A stretch of DNA of 64,000 nt from Paludibacteraceae bacterium (GTDB taxonomy: Bacteria; Bacteroidota; Bacteroidia; Bacteroidales; Paludibacteraceae), in assembly GCA_017938155.1 (NCBI GenBank), contig JAGBCD010000004.1:662-64661 (forward strand), read 5' to 3'. The position numbers and the translations under genes are program-made. The notes below the pieces were generated by a model. That model did not search any database. It was not told the origin of the DNA and saw nothing but the letters and a program-made list of their open reading frames with translations. This document shows positions 60,801 to 64,000 of this stretch, in pieces. Position 1 is the stretch's first letter. Every line of letters begins with the position of its first letter.

Positions 60801-61487
60801 TTCAAAAGTAATGCCATCTATTGAAGCAGAATATACACTCGTATTACTTGATGAAGTAGAGTTAAATGGATAATTACTAGTTGCTGATAATGTTAGGCAG
60901 TTTGTATCTCCAGAATCACCTCCACCACTAGCAGAAGGAGTGTAAGTGAGAGTAAATGATTGACAATATAGTGAGTTAACTGTTGCTACAATTGTAATGA
61001 CAATTTCCTCTCCATTACCAACTGTGGTTGCAGTTACAGATGGATTTACATCTACATATGATGTTGACCAACTACCATGCCAATTGCTATTGTTGAAATT
61101 AGTTGTTGCTATGGACGATATAGTGGTATTCCCTATTATCATTGACATGTTACCAGCACCTTTACTTGAGTTAGATTTCATGCTTAAAGTTAAGCCAGTA
61201 ATTTTACATCCATCGTAACCAGATAAAGTAAGAGTCATGTTATTGCTAGCGATCAATTGGCATTTAGTCGAATAAGTGCTCTTATAGGTAGCGCTACTTC
61301 CATCTGGTGCAGTTCCTGATTTAGTAACTTCAGAGGTTGAGAATACTGTATAAGTGACAGTTTCCGCCCACGCAGTACTTGCAGTTAGGGTTAGGAACAT
61401 GACGAGCAAGAATCGTATACCCTTAGTATACCCTTGCAATACCTTTAGTACATTTTTCACTTGATTGAAATAAGTAGATTGTGTCAT
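54900..61487 (-). CDS. giant secreted repeat protein (2195 aa) with at least 8 Listeria-Bacteroides (Flg_new/InlB-B-like) repeats
   Basis: Signal peptide ...FLTLTASTAWA. Canonical repeat YTITYNTNGGDAIAATSGTTLPDPLPTPTRTGYTFLGWYTDSEFNTNATAGATIDADITLYAKW, plus variants ending YYAVFAT. Sits 52 nt upstream of the M6 protease gene on the same strand. Confidence 0.8.
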   Translation of the reverse strand: MTQSTYFNQVKNVLKVLQGYTKGIRFLLVMFLTLTASTAWAETVTYTVFSTSEVTKSGTAPDGSSATYKSTYSTKCQLIASNNMTLTLSGYDGCKITGLTLSMKSNSSKGAGNMSMIIGNTTISSIATTNFNNSNWHGSWSTSYVDVNPSVTATTVGNGEEIVITIVATVNSLYCQSFTLTYTPSASGGGDSGDTNCLTLSATSNYPFNSTSSSNTSVYSASIDGITFENKGGYKYNSYLSFNKSLSGAYIANTTPFSGNIESIVVDYNSGGSGYFNMYEGSTSKPSSTVVSPSKTGTGSVTYTFSGNNPYFNLALKTTGTYCNINSITICYSSTPDPIGYTITYNTNGGDAIAATSGTTLPDPLPTPTRTGYTFLGWYTDSEFNTNATAGATIDADITLYAKWEQQSMYTVNWYVNGNKEHTQEDYAGSTLTDIPNLNDYECGGKVFVGWTTKTSYEHATEAPDDLITNTTGMTMPENGKDYYAVFATAIEGNEDVLLTAFEGGTKETLVAIANITGSGLGDNYAESYGAYRVKMDNTGDYILYENVNNKKITKVYFSVQMIGGENTSTMTIQTSDNGEEYVSKGSCSISSNSGGSQKNFTVEINASPKYVKLLYTKGSNIGLGKLFFYTSSITYSNYTTSCNLLQHTVTWNPNGGNWDGNTNNKVQSYEEGETITPPLDPTREHYNFEGWSPTPVTEMGTENLTYTAQWSAKLYTITYNAGLGTAPESATGITNETGTILPSATPSTACQSEGWTFAGWAEATVTETTIAPTLFTAGSNYKPTSDCTLYAVYSYTEAGGGGSSDYVLTNIEDIADDDIVVITMTYTDGTVYALSSSNESSDTPPAPTVTVSDNKLSAEPADALKWNISNSSGTLTIYPNGTTEKWLYCTNSNDGVRIGTNTNKAFTIDASSGYLKNTNTNRYVGVYRTNPDWRCYDNTTGNTANQTLGFYVKSSGGSTTTYNSNPVCVASWSITYDFAGGTGSHCSNTSVPQGDTYTICDEAPTKEGYTFQGWSDGINTYQPNNSFTPTSDITLTAQWLVNTYIVTWNNNGVTTPIEYNHGETLELPAAPASCDGVKEFVGWTEQSGYYHATTAPTDLFKTTTATVTADKTYYAVFATKGAGGTEFVLGESGTFKMYANVNGTNYYAQGGVSDSKLGSTTNVLSASDYTLTHKGDNKYTIQLGSSNIGHTASSSTNLSTGETIWTISTGTNGSWRITSPVNESRALAYRASTYNIFKAYSMKNVEAGDTEYFDIEFGSGSSGYSDYTTTCQQVESIEVQSPQTEFYLTDDFTIGSGKVIATLSGGGTTDVTALAHFSGYNMEATGTQTVTVTYMGATATYNINVKALDNAWVLTWNVSGKTNTGLGPRSVTKGNAIGTLPTPEVPDACEGKTFMGWTTSNIVPSDGIGIEYITSATKPTDNTTYYAVFATINNFSIQKPIDQITSGTNVVIVAVSSMDANGTAGKAISSRATDDTHNLQGDDVTIVDEHINTPHSTCIWTVEKVDGKYRFSQNGKYLNGVIEGKYSNLKYLETIDSWTLTEAASGMTMTYNMKSTNASTEYVEWYNGKFTIHDEVNNNGAFDMQFFVTANAYGDADITDYTTGCAEYTITYYGFTGGYSTSSTSDGTIVLPVNSYITIPDCGDVVKDPTTLGREFLDVWMTKPHGGHSFKPGDTFVLTQDTTLYAQWKLETTGDVITLPTDVEDLAGTDIYVYGGTTLNIQPGTTTINTLVLRGGIQSDGSYKMPSIWVPEGATLVRNNNKIYLDLAINAKNWYPFAVPFATTNNSSIDYLDPVLNAASTYGTHFDIKTYDGARRADVGEDRTNNWVHLNRHTVDAPVKLQPGVGYLITAMTYPDKDTATIRIPMTVPNTWFQNGEQTIVGTTVRNTIAVTAHTGAAATEHQRHAGWNFVANPYLTNFAGNNVVNDGGLNYINGAIDIEGGYTYGGEDVPYVTVPAYDFSYYEQYKLSDVKLSPEWSFFVQVGTSGTMNFTTEGRQHAPATIRANSANAKPSFDANIVIINENANEADHTGLVINDRYSTAYEIGGDLEKMFGSANRTALYTLNNNIRLAYNALAMEDATQPIPLGYRAEKAGEYTIQLTNPNEIVGVESIVIKDNYNNVTTNLLISDYTFYTEQVQDDERFVIYIVPKQNTTTNLMDMVDKTETKKVIFNNHLYIIHNGYIYDGVGKTIKNK

Positions 61488-61510
61488 ATCTTTTTGTATA
61501 TTTAATTTAC

Positions 61511-61788
61511 AAGTTTCATGCGCTGTGCGCTTGTTTCAAAGTTTCAAGGTTTCAGGCACCAGAGGTGCGGTTTCATGCCTTGCAGCTGGTTCAAGCGGCA
61601 GAGCCGCAGTTTCAAAGTTTCAAGGTTTCAAAGTTTCAATATAAGTGTAAGCATCTTGTGATGCTTGTTTCATGCGCTGTGCGCTTGTTTCAAAGTTTCA
61701 TCGCTTCGCTGTTTCACGAGACGGTGTTATGTTATGTACGCCTACGGCGCAGTGTTGCTCTGAAATGTTGACATTATTTGGATATTAG
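61511..61788 (+). repeat. repeat locus R5 (module A x6-7 units plus a 72-nt tail)
   Basis: Five hairpins, each followed by (t)gtttca: GCGC-tgt-GCGC (61520-61530), GCACC-aga-GGTGC (61556-61568), GCGGC-aga-GCCGC (61595-61607), AAGCATC-ttgt-GATGCTT (61649-61666) and a second GCGC-tgt-GCGC (61673-61683). Confidence 0.9.
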
Positions 61789-61830
61789 AGTTTTTAAGCG
61801 GGCTTTTTTGTTTGTTTCAAAAAAAAAATG

Positions 61831-61838
61831 TACCTTTG
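61831..61838 (+). promoter_or_regulatory. -7 box TACCTTTG for hipBA
   Basis: Matches TAnnTTTG, 72 nt upstream of the hipB ATG. Confidence 0.55.
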
Positions 61839-61909
61839 CAGCGAATTAAACTATCATATAATATAGCTTACCTATTGTTTACTTAATTATATGATACATT
61901 ATTATAATT

Positions 61910-62227
61910 ATGAGCAAGTCCACACAAAGCACTCTTCTGCCACGAAGAGCCCAAAAAAACTTAGCAATTGCAGGCGAACAAATTCGTTTGGCTCGTTTGC
62001 GCCGTGATATCAGTATTGCACAGATGGCTGACTGGGCTGGTTGTTCGGAGCTGACAGTCATGCGTGTCGAAAAAGGGACTCCATCTGTAGCGATAGGAAC
62101 CTATCTGCGTATTCTGTTTGCTTTGAACTTAGACGAAGATATCTTGTTAATCGCACAGCAAGACACCATCGGTCGTGAACTACAAGACCTTTCACTCAAG
62201 CAACGCCAACGTGCATCATCAAAATAA
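61910..62227 (+). CDS. hipB: XRE-family HTH antitoxin (HipB-like)
   Basis: HTH segment IRLARLRRDISIAQMADWAGCSELTVMRVEKG; sits 6 nt upstream of the hipA-like gene. Confidence 0.8.
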   Translation: MSKSTQSTLLPRRAQKNLAIAGEQIRLARLRRDISIAQMADWAGCSELTVMRVEKGTPSVAIGTYLRILFALNLDEDILLIAQQDTIGRELQDLSLKQRQRASSK

Positions 62228-62233
62228 TATACT

Positions 62234-63469
62234 ATGCAACAGATTGAAGTATATCTTAATCACAACGCCCAATTAGAAAAGGTCGGCACGCTTACTTACG
62301 AACAGTTGCGAGGCAATGCTACGTATCACTTTTCGTATAATGCCAAGTGGCTTAGTAATCATCTGCACCTATCCCTTAGTGGTGATTTACAATCGCATAC
62401 GGGCTGGCAACATACCACGAAGCGCTTATTCGGTTGCTTCACTGATGCGTTACCTGATCGCTGGGGACGACGATTGATTGATAAGCGTGAGCAGATTTTA
62501 GCTCAGGCAGATGGTCGTATTCCTCGTACATTCAACGATTTTGATTATCTGCTTCAGCTGGATGATTTCTCTCGTATGGGAGCGTTTAGATTTCGCATTG
62601 AGGGAGAGAAGGAATTCATGGGCATCTTTGATGAAGCAATGTCTGTTCCTCCACTCACTTCTCTACGCGAATTTACCAACATTGCACAAGCTTACGAGGC
62701 GAAGCCAGATAATATACAATGGGTTACGAATCTGCTACGCCAGGGCTCTTCCTTAGGTGGTGCACGTCCAAAAGCGAATATGATGGATGAAAATGGCGAC
62801 TTGTATATTGCCAAAGTGCCTTCTATCCACGATGATTATGACGTGGCGCTTTGGGAGCATTTTGCTCACCTGTTAGCTAAAAAAGCTGGAATACAAGTTG
62901 CAGACACCCGCTTGATGGTTATCCCAGGTTTTTCTCATCATGCATTGCTATCCAAACGCTTTGACCGAATAGGTCAAGATCGTGTGCACACGGTATCGGC
63001 GATGACGCTGACTAACCTTCAAGACGGTGCGGATGCATCTTCTGGAAATGGTTATTTGGATATTGTGGACACCATCGTCAGCGGCATTGGTATCGCTGAT
63101 GCAGACATGAATCTCAGAGAATTATATCGCCGCATCGCGTTCTCTATTTGTATCGGCAATCACGATGACCATTTCCGCAACCATGCTTTTGTTTTAACAC
63201 AAAATGGCTGGACACTTTCGCCTGCTTATGATATTAACCCTACCAACATGCTCACTCAGAGTTTGCTGATTTCGGATTCTTCTTGTAATTCTTCACTTGT
63301 AGAGTTGCTACACGCTTCAGGTCAGTACTTATTGCCAGCGGAAGTAGCAGCGCAGATTATCAACGAGGTGAAAGACGCAGTCCGCGATTGGCGCAAAGTG
63401 GCAACACTTTGCCACATCTCTCCAAGCGAACAGCAACGCTTTGCAAAACGTTTGGAATACTGCTTTTAA
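62234..63469 (+). CDS. hipA: type II toxin HipA-family serine/threonine kinase
   Basis: GGARPK motif (SSLGGARPKAN), catalytic loop NHDDHFRNHAF, and a HipA N-terminal coupling domain (VGTLTYEQ...YHFSYNAKW). Confidence 0.9.
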   Translation: MQQIEVYLNHNAQLEKVGTLTYEQLRGNATYHFSYNAKWLSNHLHLSLSGDLQSHTGWQHTTKRLFGCFTDALPDRWGRRLIDKREQILAQADGRIPRTFNDFDYLLQLDDFSRMGAFRFRIEGEKEFMGIFDEAMSVPPLTSLREFTNIAQAYEAKPDNIQWVTNLLRQGSSLGGARPKANMMDENGDLYIAKVPSIHDDYDVALWEHFAHLLAKKAGIQVADTRLMVIPGFSHHALLSKRFDRIGQDRVHTVSAMTLTNLQDGADASSGNGYLDIVDTIVSGIGIADADMNLRELYRRIAFSICIGNHDDHFRNHAFVLTQNGWTLSPAYDINPTNMLTQSLLISDSSCNSSLVELLHASGQYLLPAEVAAQIINEVKDAVRDWRKVATLCHISPSEQQRFAKRLEYCF

Positions 63470-63487
63470 TTGAATTACACAAGAAAT

Positions 63488-63537
63488 TCCGCCTAAAAAG
63501 TGTAATATTTTACAGAAAGTCCGCCTAAAAAGTGTAA
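63488..63537 (+). repeat. two direct copies of TCCGCCTAAAAAGTGTAA spaced 32 nt apart, just after the hipA stop
   Basis: Copies at 63488-63505 and 63520-63537. Each can form a stem-loop (ttacac...gtgtaa and ttttaca...tgtaaaa). Confidence 0.8.
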
Positions 63538-63615
63538 AATCCAAATATGTCAATACGTCAAAGAGCACTTTTACGACAGAGTCGCTATAGTATATCTCGG
63601 CTTACGCCTTGATGT

Positions 63616-63780
63616 CTCAAAGTTTCAATATAAGTGTAGCATCTTGTGATGCTTGTTTCATGCGCTGTGCGCTTGTTTCAAAGTTTCACCGCACCTACGG
63701 TGCTGTTTCACGCGACGGTATTATGTTATGTACGCCTGCGGCGCAGTGTTGTTTTGAAATGTTGACATAATTTGGATTAG
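63616..63780 (+). repeat. repeat locus R6 (module A x4 units plus tail); direct repeat of 61628-61788
   Basis: Collinear with the right part of R5 over about 160 nt. The differences are one swapped hairpin unit (GCACC-tac-GGTGC instead of CGCTTCGCTG) and a handful of substitutions. Confidence 0.9.
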
Positions 63781-63796
63781 CCAAATTGCAAAAAAT

Positions 63797-63910
63797 AGTG
63801 GGAAACCACCGAAATTTACATAAAATAAACTTTTCTCTCTGATTTTCTTGCATATATGAATATTTTTCAGCACCTTTGTAGCGAAAAACAGTGGGAAACC
63901 ACCGAAATTT
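63797..63910 (+). repeat. two direct copies of AGTGGGAAACCACCGAAATTT flanking a promoter-like CACCTTTG box
   Basis: Copies at 63797-63817 and 63890-63910. Each contains a GTGG-GAAA-CCAC hairpin. The box lies at 63871-63878. Confidence 0.8.
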
Positions 63911-63918
63911 GCAAAGTT

Positions 63919-64000
63919 ATGAAAGAGTTTAAACGACAACATTATGTAAATCAGTTGATTCTGCGCAAGCACAATGATATGATAAAAATCATAACAGGTT
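63919..64000 (+). CDS. N-terminus of a probable AAA+ ATPase (DUF4143-type), cut by the window end
   Basis: MKEFKRQHYVNQLILRKHNDMIKIITG resembles the start of Bacteroidales ATPases in which ..IKVITG.RR.GKS follows. Only 27 codons are visible. Confidence 0.4.
   Translation, partial: MKEFKRQHYVNQLILRKHNDMIKIITG

Noticed and set aside
61481-61771. A 96-aa ORF over repeat R5, and the 83-aa ORF 63721-63972(-) over R6 and the downstream boxes.
   Set aside because: These are translations of module A units and of the duplicated 21-nt boxes (FGGFPLFFA appears twice). There is no independent coding evidence.

Overview
This window looks like a Bacteroidota (Bacteroidales/Prevotella-like) chromosomal segment. 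The evidence is repeated TAnnTTTG -7 promoter boxes, a BatD/BatE aerotolerance pair, a Rho with a large N-terminal insertion, DUF3078/DUF4296/DUF5009-type genes and a PorT-like beta-barrel.

Bases 1-39.7 kb are ordinary, tightly packed housekeeping DNA: nadK-fmt-aroQ, rho, secA, lgt, tsf-rpsB, rpsI-rplM, lspA-metK, holA, prfB, pepC, thiL and dnaE.

From about 39.7 kb to the end the character changes. Six consecutive intergenic gaps are filled by a modular, non-coding repeat family:
- Module A: tandem units of a short hairpin followed by TGTTTCA.
- Module B: G-free 21-nt tandem repeats.
- Module C: tandem units of 80-115 nt, with two hairpins that keep pairing through compensatory changes.
- Module D: a 33-nt element.

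These arrays bracket a dGTPase gene and a hipBA toxin-antitoxin pair as direct repeats. They butt against the stop codons of three genes. At one locus they form a pair of ~50-nt inverted repeats.

Between two arrays lies an 11.6-kb two-gene locus encoding giant secreted proteins of 2195 aa and 1646 aa. Both are built from Listeria-Bacteroides-type repeats. The second carries an M6/InhA-like zinc protease domain and an odd in-frame N-terminal pre-protein.

No cas genes, transposase, integrase, rRNA or tRNA were seen. All calls were made by eye from the sequence and the ORF track; no searches were run.
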